Made by a program: the position numbers and the translations under genes
Part shown: piece by piece, positions 1 to 9,607 of the stretch
Layout: the number at the start of each line of letters is the position of its first letter
Numbering within the stretch: the first letter of the stretch is position 1
The notes under the pieces: generated by a model
The model's input: the letters and a program-made list of their open reading frames with translations, nothing else
What the model was told of the DNA's origin: nothing
Databases searched by the model: none
Virus record (IMG/VR): IMGVR_UViG_3300027763_000005
Location: 1-57,560 of that record
DNA: 57,560 bases
Reading direction: 5' to 3' (one strand)
DNA from: a virus
Taxonomy: Duplodnaviria > Caudoviricetes

Positions 1-127
1 GACTTCGTAACCGATAACCTTTTAGTTAAAGGATACGAGCGCTACTCGTTCGGCTATTATAACTTCCGTTCTATCTTCGGGTCGTTCCCAACCTGATGAT
101 ATTACAGGGGTTTTAGCCCAAGAAGGA
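1..127. repeat. Terminal overlap, identical to 57434-57560 (circular assembly overlap)
   Basis: Exact 127-bp match to the window end. It falls inside the 3' end of the capsid gene, and 127 is a common assembler k-mer, so this is not a biological terminus. Confidence 0.95.
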
Positions 128-209
128 AAACTTCCATAGTCGCCCTACAAGACCTCTTAGAAAGGATATAAAAACAATATCCCCGTTTAAGAGGTTGAGG
201 AGCGCGACT

Positions 210-947
210 ATGGAATACCGCAAGACTCTTACCCGCGACCACGTTTCGTCGATTCTTCGGCATGATGAGGAGACGGGCAAGTTTTACTGGCTTATCAGTC
301 CCTCCAGAAATGTTAGGGCTGGTAGTGAAGCTGGGGCGGTTAAGGCAACGCGCAAGGCTAAGGAAGGCGTTTCAGCATCTTATCGGTATATCCGATATAA
401 TGGTTGGACAATCCCGGCTACGCAGATTGCTTGGCTTCTTTCTTACGGCGAATGGCCGATTGGTCGTATCACGTGCAAGGACAACAATACGTTGAACCTT
501 CGCGTGGACAACCTAGAGATGCAGAATGTAGTTGAGGGTAAGTTTGATTACAGGGACCAAGAGGAGCGGAAAGCCTACTCGAAGGCCCACCGCAAACAAA
601 ACCCTCTGGTCTGGAAGAATTCTCACCTTCAGAATTCATATGGCATTTCGCTCGCTGATTATGGGGATATGCTTGTCGCGCAGGGTGGTAAATGTGCCAT
701 TTGCGACCGGCCAGAGACCCATATAAGGAATGGCACGGTTAAGGCTCTTGCTGTTGACCATGACCACAAGACGAATAAAGTCAGGGCTCTTCTTTGCTCT
801 GAGTGCAACACGGGTCTTGGCAAGTTCCAAGATGATCCAAAGGTTCTGTTATCGGCGGTTGAGTATCTTACAAAACATTCCGATAACGGCAGTTCTAGGT
901 GCTTGATCACGCAGACCGGCCTAGCGGACTCTGCACAGACGGCGTGA
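210..947 (+). CDS. Free-standing HNH / endonuclease VII-type homing endonuclease
   Basis: N-terminal HNH-like region (WLLSYGEWP...DNNTLNLRVDNL). C-terminal EndoVII signature QGGKCAIC...LAVDHDH...VRALLCSECNTGLG. ATG at 210 follows GAGGAG. Confidence 0.85.
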   Translation: MEYRKTLTRDHVSSILRHDEETGKFYWLISPSRNVRAGSEAGAVKATRKAKEGVSASYRYIRYNGWTIPATQIAWLLSYGEWPIGRITCKDNNTLNLRVDNLEMQNVVEGKFDYRDQEERKAYSKAHRKQNPLVWKNSHLQNSYGISLADYGDMLVAQGGKCAICDRPETHIRNGTVKALAVDHDHKTNKVRALLCSECNTGLGKFQDDPKVLLSAVEYLTKHSDNGSSRCLITQTGLADSAQTA

Positions 948-964
948 TCTTATCGTGCAGGAGG
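895..964 (+). promoter_or_regulatory. Putative multi-pseudoknot cis-regulatory RNA over the RBS of the 970 gene
   Basis: Helices CTAGG(895-899)/CCTAG(920-924), GATCACGC(905-912)/GCGTGATC(942-949) and CTGCAC(931-936)/GTGCAG(955-960), followed by GAGG and ATG at 970. Confidence 0.55.
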
Positions 965-969
965 CTCTT

Positions 970-1422
970 ATGAGCATTGTTACATTCACTGGGCCTATTA
1001 AGGCGGGTGATGTTCTGAATACGACCGGCACCACTGCTGGTACGATCAAGAACGTCGGCTTTGTCGTGATGGCACAAACGGTTCCGATTACTCAGGCTGG
1101 TACTGCTACGGCCCTTGCCACAAGCATTGTCATCCCTGCCAACAGCCACATCGTCAACATTCAGGTGCTTGTCACGACTGCGTGGGACGGCGCGGCTTCA
1201 ACATTCAGCCTTGGTACCTCTGCAACATCGACCGAGCTGGTTGTTGCTGGGGCCGGTGGCACCATTGGTCTTTCCGCGCTTGCCCCCGGAGCAAATGCTA
1301 CCCGCACGGCAAAATGGACAAATGTTGGCACGTCTGATGTGATCATCTACGCACTGTCAGCAAATACTGGCAATGGTGTCGGTGACTTGGTCGTTCGTTA
1401 CATCCAAGCTGAAAATGCTTAA
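970..1422 (+). CDS. Virion structural protein (probable capsid decoration/minor head protein)
   Basis: Thr/Ala/Gly-rich, beta-type composition, first structural gene after the capsid gene. AGGAGG RBS. Confidence 0.6.
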   Translation: MSIVTFTGPIKAGDVLNTTGTTAGTIKNVGFVVMAQTVPITQAGTATALATSIVIPANSHIVNIQVLVTTAWDGAASTFSLGTSATSTELVVAGAGGTIGLSALAPGANATRTAKWTNVGTSDVIIYALSANTGNGVGDLVVRYIQAENA

Positions 1423-1442
1423 TCAAGCCATAGGAGGCGAGC

Positions 1443-1724
1443 ATGAAGGGTCGTTCTAAGCGTAATTCTGGCGGCGTTGCTGTCAAAGACGAAGCCCCAT
1501 CGGATATCTATGCCGGTGCCGGTTCCCCCACTGCCAAGGCAGCCGTTGAGCGCAAGCGTGGCGGTAAGACTGTTGGCAAGGTTGCTGGCATGAAGGCTAT
1601 GGCAAACATGGGTCGCGCACCTCGTAAGTCGGGTGGCCGTACAGGTTCGAACATGAACCCACTGTCCTCGGCGGCGAGTGCCACTCCTGCTCCGGGTCGA
1701 AATGTCACGGGTAGCCTGAACTAA
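1443..1724 (+). CDS. Small basic protein with repeated xxGG motifs (putative internal head protein)
   Basis: RNSGG, RKRGG, RKSGG. RBS AGGAGG. Confidence 0.6.
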   Translation: MKGRSKRNSGGVAVKDEAPSDIYAGAGSPTAKAAVERKRGGKTVGKVAGMKAMANMGRAPRKSGGRTGSNMNPLSSAASATPAPGRNVTGSLN

Positions 1725-1728
1725 AGTC

Positions 1729-1753
1729 GGTGGGGGCTTCGGCCCCCATCTTC
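1729..1753 (+). terminator. GC hairpin with cUUCGg loop (terminator or processing stem)
   Basis: GGTGGGGGC-TTCG-GCCCCCATC just after a stop codon. The T tract is weak. Confidence 0.55.
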
Positions 1754-1769
1754 CTATCTGGAGGGGCAA

Positions 1770-2015
1770 ATGGCAAAAACTCCCGTTTGGCAACGGTCTG
1801 CCGGGAAGAGTGAATCCGGCGGGCTAAACGATAAGGGTAGAGCCTCTCTAAAGGCAGCGGGCCACGATATAAAGCGTCCGCAACCAGAAGGCGGCTCGCG
1901 CAAAGACAATTTTTGTAGTAGGATGACAGGACTCAAGCGTAAGCTGACAGGGTCTGCCAAGGCTGCTGATCCAGATAGCCGGGTGAATCTAGCCCTTAAA
2001 AAGTGGGACTGTTAA
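1770..2015 (+). CDS. Conserved small phage protein (DUF6321-like)
   Basis: WQR..GK..SGGLN.KGRAS...SRKDNFCSRM.G...DPDSRVNLALKKWDC pattern. RBS GGAGG. Confidence 0.65.
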   Translation: MAKTPVWQRSAGKSESGGLNDKGRASLKAAGHDIKRPQPEGGSRKDNFCSRMTGLKRKLTGSAKAADPDSRVNLALKKWDC

Positions 2016-2016
2016 A

Positions 2017-2178
2017 ATGGACAAGCCCTTTTGGGAAACCAAAGCACCTAAAGATGCCGAGAAAAAGCATTTGAGCCGCAAACAGACTCAATCGGCCAAG
2101 GCTATGGCAAGGGCTGCTGGGCGACCTTATCCCAATTTGGTTGACAACGCGGCTGCTGCCCGCGCGAAAGGGAAGTGA
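2017..2178 (+). CDS. Small basic hypothetical protein (53 aa, below the ORF-track cutoff)
   Basis: MDKPFWETKAPK...AAGRPYPNLVDNAAAARAKGK. It fills the gap between neighbouring genes exactly. Confidence 0.6.
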   Translation: MDKPFWETKAPKDAEKKHLSRKQTQSAKAMARAAGRPYPNLVDNAAAARAKGK

Positions 2179-2179
2179 A

Positions 2180-2500
2180 ATGCAATACACACCAATTACA
2201 AAAACGGGTACTGGTCGTAGTTCAATCTGCGTGGTTGATGACTTTCAAGCACCATTCAACATCGGCGTTGCGGTCTCGATCAGTTCGACGGCAACATTTA
2301 CTGTTGAATATTCGCTAGATGACCCAACTGCTTCGGGCTACTCAGCCGCCTCTGCCGCATGGTTCGTTGCTCCAAACTTTACTTCTGGGTCTGCGGCCAT
2401 TGCTGGGGCCATTACCATCCCCTGTCGAGCAATTTCGGTGAATGCGTCGGCTAATGCTGGCACGATCACAGCTAAGATTGTTCAATCTGGCCCCGCGTAA
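2180..2500 (+). CDS. Small beta-rich structural protein
   Basis: ATG 2180 sits 1 nt after the previous stop. ATFTVEYSLDDP motif and structural context. Confidence 0.55.
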   Translation: MQYTPITKTGTGRSSICVVDDFQAPFNIGVAVSISSTATFTVEYSLDDPTASGYSAASAAWFVAPNFTSGSAAIAGAITIPCRAISVNASANAGTITAKIVQSGPA

Positions 2501-2502
2501 AA

Positions 2503-3243
2503 ATGGCAAACGGTGAAACCTTTTACGTATACGAGCATTGGCGGCTAGACCGCGATGAATGCTTTTACGTGGGTAAGGGTAGGGCCGGTCGTGCGTATTC
2601 CATGAAAGGCCGGAACCGTCACCATAAGGCTATCGTTGCCAAATTGTCGCGTATTGGCTCGGCACTTGAGGTGAGGATGGTGGCAACTGGGCTGTCAGAG
2701 GCTGATGCGTTTGCGCTAGAGATTGAGCGTATCAGTTTTTGGCGGGAAGCTGGCGTTGACTTAGCAAACGTTACAGATGGCGGGGAGGGTGTTACCGGGT
2801 TGAGGATGTCTGATGCCTCTAAACAAAAAATGTCAGACAAAAAAATAGGCGTCAAGCGAGGCCCGCATTCAGCTGAACATAGGTTAAGAATAGGTTTAGC
2901 CCATCGTGGTAAAAAATTCTCGCCTGAGCACATTGAGAAGCTTTCAAAAGCCAGAAGGGCGAGGGTAACTTCTTCCGAAACAAAAGAAAAAATGTCGCAA
3001 TCAATGACAAAGTTTTATAAAGAAAATCCTGAAGCGCGTCAGGCTGTTTCTGTTGCGCGCAAGGGTATGCGGCATTCAGAAGCTACTAAAAAATTAATGT
3101 CCGAAAAATCAAAAAATAAAATAATATCAAAAGAACAGCGTGCAAAAATCTCTCAAACCCTGACAGGAAAAAAACAATCTAAAGAAACCATTGAAAAAAG
3201 AGTTGCCTCTATAGCCAAAAGAAGATTGGAGTCGGCAAAATGA
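2503..3243 (+). CDS. GIY-YIG homing endonuclease with NUMOD3 repeats
   Basis: FYVYEH...FYVGKG...R, N.TDGGEG, and repeated HSxE(H/T)xxK(I/M)S units. Confidence 0.85.
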   Translation: MANGETFYVYEHWRLDRDECFYVGKGRAGRAYSMKGRNRHHKAIVAKLSRIGSALEVRMVATGLSEADAFALEIERISFWREAGVDLANVTDGGEGVTGLRMSDASKQKMSDKKIGVKRGPHSAEHRLRIGLAHRGKKFSPEHIEKLSKARRARVTSSETKEKMSQSMTKFYKENPEARQAVSVARKGMRHSEATKKLMSEKSKNKIISKEQRAKISQTLTGKKQSKETIEKRVASIAKRRLESAK

Positions 3244-3932
3244 CAACGTCGGGAACTTATAATTTTTCGCCGTCATTGGGAGAAATCGTACTTTATTCCT
3301 ACAACCTCGTCGGCTTGAGAAACACTTCTCTGCTTCAAGAGCATATGGAGTCGGCGCGCATGGCGTCGAACATGCTGTGTGCTAGGTGGGCCAACATGGG
3401 TGTGAACCTCTGGAAAGTGGACCTTGTCACCACAACACTGGTTACTGGCACGGCGACCTACCTAGTGGACTCCAAGACTGTCATGATTTTGGATGCGTAT
3501 GTGTCAAATAACCAAAGTGGTGCCGACATCGACCGCATCATTATGCCAGTGTCACGCACAGAATATGCCTCATACCCAAACAAAAATCAGCAGGGGTTTC
3601 CAACGGTTTTCTGGTTTGACAGACTTCTGTCACCCACTATCACGCTTTGGCCGGTTCCGAATGTTGATAACGGACCCGCAACCCTCAGTTATTATCGCGT
3701 CACTCAGATGCAGGATTCTGAGTTAAACAACGGTACCACGGTCGATATTCCGTATTTGTGGATGGAAGCATTTGCCTTTGGGCTGGCTTCTCGCCTTGCC
3801 ATGATCTGGGCTCCAGATAAGGTTACTCTCCTGAAGCCACTGGCTGATGAATCGTACCAGATTGCTGCGGATCAGAACATTGAAACCGCGCAACAGTACA
3901 TTTCCCCGATGATTTCCGGTTACTTCAGGTAA
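3240..3932 (+). CDS. Head-tail adaptor / tail tubular protein A-like
   Basis: MTTSGTYNF...WANMGVNLW...SRTEYASYPNK..QGFPT.FWFDR...LWPVP. Gene position fits. Confidence 0.65.
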   Translation: MTTSGTYNFSPSLGEIVLYSYNLVGLRNTSLLQEHMESARMASNMLCARWANMGVNLWKVDLVTTTLVTGTATYLVDSKTVMILDAYVSNNQSGADIDRIIMPVSRTEYASYPNKNQQGFPTVFWFDRLLSPTITLWPVPNVDNGPATLSYYRVTQMQDSELNNGTTVDIPYLWMEAFAFGLASRLAMIWAPDKVTLLKPLADESYQIAADQNIETAQQYISPMISGYFR

Positions 3933-3941
3933 GGAATTGTC

Positions 3942-4673
3942 ATGGGGTACGCATCCCGTTCGGGCCGAGCCAAAACAGACCCTAAGAACCCGCGCGCTCA
4001 CGCCATATGTGATCGTTGCGCTTTTCGTTACAATCATTCGGACCTCAGTTTCCAATACGACTGGGCCGGTGCGTCTCTGATCAACAAGAAGATGTTGGTC
4101 TGTCAAACTTGTTATGATGAGCCTCAGCAGCAACTTCGTGCCATTGTCGTTCCTGCCGATCCGATGCCGGTGATGAACCCGCGTGTCGAGCCGTATGCGT
4201 GGGATGAGACTGACCGCAGACAAGTTTCTGGCGCGGATATTGTCAGTCCGACAACAGGCATCCCGGTTCCCCGTGGTGATACCCGTGTCACAACTGCTGG
4301 AAGTTCTGCCACAAGCAACAATCGTGTTACCCAGCAGACCGGTGAAGCTCCCGGTGGCAAAAACCAGCTTCCGGGCACCGACCCCAATGCTGTCAGTTAT
4401 CGGGTCATCACCAACGTCTTCAATACCGGCGGCGTGATCTATCTGACCGTGGTAAACACCAATGGGTTCATCACAAACCAAAATGTCATCGTGGGTGGCG
4501 TTTTGGGTGTCACTGCGGCCAACGGCTCATGGGTCATCACGGTTGTGGACCTGACCACAATCTCCCTGAACGGTTCAGTGTTCTCCGGTGCATACACTTC
4601 CGGTGGCTATCTCATCAATGACCCCAGTGTGCCGTATGGGTTCACTGAGATTCCTAAGACTGGAACCCTTTGA
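3942..4673 (+). CDS. Putative virion protein with N-terminal Zn-binding CxxC...CxxC and C-terminal beta domain
   Basis: AICDRCAFRY...LVCQTCYDEPQQQL. C-terminal GV.GVTAANGSWVITVVD. Confidence 0.55.
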   Translation: MGYASRSGRAKTDPKNPRAHAICDRCAFRYNHSDLSFQYDWAGASLINKKMLVCQTCYDEPQQQLRAIVVPADPMPVMNPRVEPYAWDETDRRQVSGADIVSPTTGIPVPRGDTRVTTAGSSATSNNRVTQQTGEAPGGKNQLPGTDPNAVSYRVITNVFNTGGVIYLTVVNTNGFITNQNVIVGGVLGVTAANGSWVITVVDLTTISLNGSVFSGAYTSGGYLINDPSVPYGFTEIPKTGTL

Positions 4674-4737
4674 TAAATGGGGTGAAAGTTTCAGAAATTA
4701 GGGTATAGTACGTTCAAACCGTTGACGAGGTAGAACC

Positions 4738-6975
4738 GTGGCTTCAGTGCAAATCCCGAACCTCCCCGTTGCTACTTCCCTCACCGGAACAGAGCAGCTT
4801 GAGGCCGTCCAGTCTGGAACCTCTGTCCGCGTCACCTCCCAGCAAATTGCGAATCTAGCTCCTGCCGCGCCAACAGGCCCAACCGGCCCCATCGGTGCAA
4901 CAGGCCCAACCGGCCCCATCGGCGTTACCGGCCCCACGGGCGCTCAGGGCGCTCAAGGAAACGTTGGACCTACCGGCCCCAATGGCCCGACTGGCCCCAC
5001 GGGCATTATTGGACCCACTGGCTCTACAGGACCGCAGGGTGCTCAGGGTGTTGCCGGTGCAAATGGCACAAACGGCCCAACAGGTCCGACCGGCTCTGCT
5101 TCATTTACTCCGGGACCGACTGGTCCGACCGGCTCCCAAGGTGGGACCATTGTATATAAGGGGTCTGTTGCTACCGTTGGAGCACTTCCCCCAACAGGAA
5201 ACACGGTTAATGACGCCTACCTAGTTCTGTCAGACAGCCATCTGTACGTTTGGAATGGCACGGCGTGGATTGATAGTGGTGCGTTTACTTCCATTACCGG
5301 TCCTACCGGCCCTGCGGGAACTACCGGTCCAACCGGAGCCGCCGGTCCAACTGGTGCCGCATCGACTGTTGCTGGTCCTACCGGTCCTGCTGGAACTACG
5401 GGTGCAACGGGTGCAGTTGGAGCAACTGGTCCAACAGGTGCGGCCTCAACTGTTGCGGGTCCTACTGGTCCAACGGGTGGAGGCGTTACAACTGTATCGG
5501 TTTCGCCAAATGCTGGCGTCTCCGGTACGGTCGCTAACCCCACAACGACACCCGCCATCAGCCTGACTCTCGGTGTGATTACGCCCACCAGTGTCAACGG
5601 CCTGACCCTAACAGCGGCTGCAACCGGATTTACTGTTGCCGGTGGCACGACTTCGAAGACATTGACCGTCAGCAACACGCTGACATTGGCGGGCACTGAT
5701 GCCTCGACGCTGAATATTGGCACGGGTGGAACGCTTGGGACTTTGGCATTTCAAAGCTCAGTAGCGGGATCGGCCCTTACCGGACCGTCGCTTAATTCTG
5801 GCATTGTCACTTCCTCTCTGACAACCGTTGGAACCATTGGCGCGGGTGTATGGAACGGCACTACCATCGGCATCGCATACGGTGGCACAGGACAATCAAC
5901 CGCCCTCACCCAATACGGCGTTATCTATGGTTCGTCTACGACGGCTATGGGCAATACCGCAGCCGGAACTACGGGTCAGGTTCTCATCGCGACAACGAGC
6001 GCCGCGCCCTCTTGGGGTCAGGTTCCGATTGCCGGTGGCGGCACCGGGCAGACAACCACGGCACTTGGAACCATAGTTGTCGGCGCGAGTGGCAGCACGA
6101 CCACAAACCTCGCCATTGGCACAACTGGACAAGCTTTAACCGTTAGCGGCGGTACTGCCGCATGGGGTCTGGTTCCGATTGCCGGTGGCGGCACCGGCCT
6201 CTCCTCTACGCCCGCAAACGGCGCGCTGGACATTGGCAACGGCACAGGGTTTACCCGCACAACGCTGACGGCGGGCAGTGGCATTACGATTACCAATGGT
6301 GCGGGGTCTATTTCTATTGCGGCAAGCGGCGGCGGGGGTGGTACAGTCAATTCCGGCACATCAGGCCAACTCACCTACTACGCGGCGACCGGCACTGCGG
6401 TGTCGGGCAACCCCAATGCCACGATCAGCACCGCAGCACTGACCCTTGGTGTGCAAAACTCAGTGGCGGGCTCCCTTGTACTTGCCAATCTGGCTGCGGC
6501 GGGACGCTCCACGACCATTCAGTCCAGCGCGTCTGCTTCGGCGGCTTGGACCATGACCTTGCCAGTTTCGGCGGGGACGAGCACCTACGTCCTTTCCACG
6601 GACGGGGCTGGCGTCACAAGCTGGGCTGCTCATGTAACGTCACTGGTTGCGGGCAACGGCATAACTGTTTCCGGGGCGACGGGCGCGGTGACTGTCAGCC
6701 AAGATTTTTACACAGGCACCACGCAAAACAACACAAGTTACCCGATTGGGTCTTATATAGCCGTTATTAACACTAATGTTAGCCGACTGGTTAACGCAAG
6801 CCAGACGATTTGGTCGCCCCCAACTACTGGGGGAGGCGGGTCTTTTGCTGATAGCTCTACAGGCTCTGGTTCTGCAACCTTGACTGGAACTTGGAGAAGT
6901 CGCGGCGCGACCGCCACAGCTAGAACAGTAGGCTGCGACACTTACACTCAATATCTGTTTCAGCGCACAGCGTGA
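4738..6975 (+). CDS. Tail fibre with collagen-like (G-P-T)n repeats
   Basis: Long GPTGPT triplet runs, repeated VPIAGGGTG fibre motifs, C-terminal YPIG...GTWRSRG tip. Confidence 0.85.
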   Translation: MASVQIPNLPVATSLTGTEQLEAVQSGTSVRVTSQQIANLAPAAPTGPTGPIGATGPTGPIGVTGPTGAQGAQGNVGPTGPNGPTGPTGIIGPTGSTGPQGAQGVAGANGTNGPTGPTGSASFTPGPTGPTGSQGGTIVYKGSVATVGALPPTGNTVNDAYLVLSDSHLYVWNGTAWIDSGAFTSITGPTGPAGTTGPTGAAGPTGAASTVAGPTGPAGTTGATGAVGATGPTGAASTVAGPTGPTGGGVTTVSVSPNAGVSGTVANPTTTPAISLTLGVITPTSVNGLTLTAAATGFTVAGGTTSKTLTVSNTLTLAGTDASTLNIGTGGTLGTLAFQSSVAGSALTGPSLNSGIVTSSLTTVGTIGAGVWNGTTIGIAYGGTGQSTALTQYGVIYGSSTTAMGNTAAGTTGQVLIATTSAAPSWGQVPIAGGGTGQTTTALGTIVVGASGSTTTNLAIGTTGQALTVSGGTAAWGLVPIAGGGTGLSSTPANGALDIGNGTGFTRTTLTAGSGITITNGAGSISIAASGGGGGTVNSGTSGQLTYYAATGTAVSGNPNATISTAALTLGVQNSVAGSLVLANLAAAGRSTTIQSSASASAAWTMTLPVSAGTSTYVLSTDGAGVTSWAAHVTSLVAGNGITVSGATGAVTVSQDFYTGTTQNNTSYPIGSYIAVINTNVSRLVNASQTIWSPPTTGGGGSFADSSTGSGSATLTGTWRSRGATATARTVGCDTYTQYLFQRTA

Positions 6976-6983
6976 GGGGAAAA

Positions 6984-7250
6984 ATGGATAATGTAAAAAA
7001 TCTCACGGTCATTTGTCGGTGGCAGGATGGTGCATATAATTGCACCATTGATCTATTTGATGATTGGACCAAAACTTGGGAAAATGCAGTTCCCTATACG
7101 GCGCGCAGCGGTGACCCTGCGCCCGTAAACATCTGGATAATTGATCAGATCAATACGGGTGCATATGACCCAATTGATGCCTGCCCTATCCCTCCAACCC
7201 CTATTCCTCCCTCTGAAGTGCTGGGTGGCAATGGGCCAACGGTGGCCTGA
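6984..7250 (+). CDS. Putative tail fibre assembly protein
   Basis: Directly follows the fibre gene. VPYTARSGDP...GAYDPI motif. Confidence 0.5.
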   Translation: MDNVKNLTVICRWQDGAYNCTIDLFDDWTKTWENAVPYTARSGDPAPVNIWIIDQINTGAYDPIDACPIPPTPIPPSEVLGGNGPTVA

Positions 7251-7525
7251 TGCTCCAGACAAAGCCCCTCACCTACGGGAGCCTAAACGGTGCAATCTAT
7301 GACGCACCGGAGGTGGGCGATATTCTCCCCATGCACGATCATGGCGAGGACGATGTCCACATCACAATCGTGGCGCGTGGCTCTTTCAGGGTACACGGCA
7401 ACGGGTGGGAGATGGTTGGCAGGGCTGGGGACGTTATCGACTGGAGGTCCGGCCAAGCGCATGAATTTATTGCGTTGGAGCCGAATAGCCGGTTTGTGAA
7501 CATCGTGAAGGGTGCGCCGGTCTGA
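7250..7525 (+). CDS. Cupin-fold protein
   Basis: LPMHDH...HITIVARG...AHEFIALE cupin histidine motifs. Confidence 0.7.
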   Translation: MLQTKPLTYGSLNGAIYDAPEVGDILPMHDHGEDDVHITIVARGSFRVHGNGWEMVGRAGDVIDWRSGQAHEFIALEPNSRFVNIVKGAPV

Positions 7526-7596
7526 CGCTTGCGTGTCGCGGCGATGCGGGTAGAAATAAACCGCCCAATGGTTGGGCCTTTGAAAAGGGGAAGAGC

Positions 7597-7776
7597 ATGG
7601 AGCTGAATTTCAAATTCTTGGTGGAAGAGGTCAACGCCATCCTTCAGGCTTTGGGTGGACGCCCATATGCAGAAGTTCAGGTTCTAATTGAACGAATCAA
7701 GGCAGAGGGTGACGCTCAGATTGCGGCCAAAACCCCGGCTGTCATTGAAGAAACACCGGCCCCAGACGCCGAATAG
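7597..7776 (+). CDS. Small hypothetical protein (59 aa)
   Basis: MELNFKFLVEEVNAILQALGGRPYAEV... Purine-rich RBS. Not in the ORF track. Confidence 0.65.
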   Translation: MELNFKFLVEEVNAILQALGGRPYAEVQVLIERIKAEGDAQIAAKTPAVIEETPAPDAE

Positions 7777-7822
7777 CTATTTGTCACACCGACAAGTCTG
7801 ACTTAACTTTGGGGGGTTAAGA

Positions 7823-8905
7823 ATGAAAATCTGTGTCTACGCAATCAGCAAGAACGAAGAGCAGTTTGTCGAGCGGTTCATGGAGTCGGCAAGGGGGGCA
7901 GACCTCGTCCTCATTGCTGACACAGGCTCTACAGATGGCATGGTAGAGAAGGCACGTTCTTTTGGCGCGGTGGTCCATAGCATCTGCATTACTCCTTGGC
8001 GCTTCGATCACGCTCGCAACTCTGCTTTATCCTTGATTCCTCGTGACATTGATGTCTGTATCTCATTAGACCTTGATGAGTTGATGGAACCGGGTTGGCG
8101 CGAGGAGATTGAGCGTGTTTGGGAACTTGGAAAAACCACCCGTCTCCGGTACATGTTCGACTGGGGCTGCGGAATCCGATTCAAGTACGAAAAAATCCAT
8201 GCGCGACACGGATACCACTGGCATCACCCGTGCCATGAATATCCCGTACCTGACGGAAGAATCGAGGAAGTCTGGGCCGATACGGACTTTCTGCTCGTTT
8301 CTCATCACCCAGACCCGACCAAAAGCCGTGGGCAGTATCTTGATCTGCTGGAGTTGTCGGTCAAAGAAGACCCCGATTGCCCGCGAAACGCCTTTTATTA
8401 CGCTCGTGAACTGACGTTCCATGCCCGGTGGGATGACGCCATTGCGGCCCTTCACAGCTACCTAAAGCTGCCCCGTGCCACATGGCAGAACGAACGCTGC
8501 TATGCCATGCGTCTTTTAGGCAAGTGTTATAACGAGCTTGGTCAGACTGTTGATGCTGAAAAATGGTATTACATGGCTTCTGGCGAGGCACCCAATACCC
8601 GTGAGCCGTGGTGTGAACTTGCCATGATCATGTACCGTCAGGGCCGCTGGGCGGAGTGCTTTGCGGCATCCATGCGGGCGCTTCAGATCATTGACAAGCA
8701 ACTGGTGTACACCTGTGACCCTGCGGTTTGGGGCTATTGGGCGCACGACCTAGCCAGTATCTCTGCTTGGCACCTTGGGATGAAGGATTTGGCATTAGAA
8801 CAGGCCAAAAAAGCACTAGATTTTGAGCCGGATGACCTTCGCTTAAAGGGTAATTTAGAGTATATTCAAGCCGAAATGCACCCGGATGGTCAAAAGGCTG
8901 GATAG
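7823..8905 (+). CDS. Glycosyltransferase family 2 with TPR repeats
   Basis: MKICVYAISKNEE...DTGSTD...RFDHARN...SLDLDE (DxD), followed by TPR-like helices. Confidence 0.85.
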   Translation: MKICVYAISKNEEQFVERFMESARGADLVLIADTGSTDGMVEKARSFGAVVHSICITPWRFDHARNSALSLIPRDIDVCISLDLDELMEPGWREEIERVWELGKTTRLRYMFDWGCGIRFKYEKIHARHGYHWHHPCHEYPVPDGRIEEVWADTDFLLVSHHPDPTKSRGQYLDLLELSVKEDPDCPRNAFYYARELTFHARWDDAIAALHSYLKLPRATWQNERCYAMRLLGKCYNELGQTVDAEKWYYMASGEAPNTREPWCELAMIMYRQGRWAECFAASMRALQIIDKQLVYTCDPAVWGYWAHDLASISAWHLGMKDLALEQAKKALDFEPDDLRLKGNLEYIQAEMHPDGQKAG

Positions 8906-8906
8906 T

Positions 8907-9140
8907 ATGGATATGCAGACCACCATAAACTTGTCACTGGGTGTGGCCTTAGCAACTCTTGGGTGGCTTGCTAGGGAACTTTGGGGGGCTGTGAAGTCCC
9001 TTCAAAGCGACCTTCACCGAATTGAGGTAGACCTACCCAAGTCGTATGTATCAAAAGATGACTTCAACATAACAATGAAACATATAGAGGACATGGTTCA
9101 GCGAATCTATGACAAGTTAGACGCGAAGGCCGACAAATGA
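8907..9140 (+). CDS. Small membrane protein (1 TM + coiled coil), lysis-region
   Basis: N-terminal hydrophobic helix, then YVSKDDF...IYDKLD.KADK. Confidence 0.6.
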   Translation: MDMQTTINLSLGVALATLGWLARELWGAVKSLQSDLHRIEVDLPKSYVSKDDFNITMKHIEDMVQRIYDKLDAKADK

Positions 9141-9607
9141 TCGAAACCGACGCCATCATCAAACCTGTTGCAGCCGTGACTGCGATCATGGCGATGATTG
9201 GCGGTGGTTATTCCCTATACGATAAGGTAAAGTTGCCACCCAAGGACATTCTTAAGTGGGACGCTGATCACTTCAGCATCACCAGCGGTCCAGCTTCCGG
9301 GCAGTTTAAGGTTATCGTAGCCCGTCAGAAAATTCGTGACGACTGCACGGTTGAAGATTTTAGCCTTGAGGTGCGCGACTCAGATTTCATGGTTCACAAG
9401 GCGTTCCCGTCCGTCGCAAAGTTTTCTGGCCCGGCTAGTCCAACCGTGGACAAGTTCGGCTACACGATGACCGTTGAAAGCCCCGAAAGCGTCGCTCCCG
9501 GCAACGCGAAGTTGATTGCTCGCATCATGTACAAGTGCCCAGAAGGCAATGTTGTGATTGCGTACCCGGACCACAAAAACCTGACATTCAGCATTGAGGG
9601 GAAATAA
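9137..9607 (+). CDS. Hypothetical membrane-anchored protein
   Basis: N-terminal TM segment and a beta-rich domain with two Cys. ATGA overlap with the upstream gene. Confidence 0.55.
   Translation: MIETDAIIKPVAAVTAIMAMIGGGYSLYDKVKLPPKDILKWDADHFSITSGPASGQFKVIVARQKIRDDCTVEDFSLEVRDSDFMVHKAFPSVAKFSGPASPTVDKFGYTMTVESPESVAPGNAKLIARIMYKCPEGNVVIAYPDHKNLTFSIEGK

Noticed and set aside
1-127. Biological direct terminal repeat
   Set aside because: Length equals a typical assembler k-mer and it lies inside the capsid gene, so it is a circularisation overlap.
92-135. Hammerhead ribozyme (CTGATGA...GAAA)
   Set aside because: No stems correctly flank the core. CTGATGA is just the capsid gene's tandem stop codons.
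2503-3243. Group I intron around the GIY-YIG gene
   Set aside because: Flanking genes are intact and abut the ORF, leaving no room for an intron core.
4860-5480. Repeat array or CRISPR in the GGCCCNAC-rich region
   Set aside because: Explained by collagen G-P-T codons of the tail fibre.
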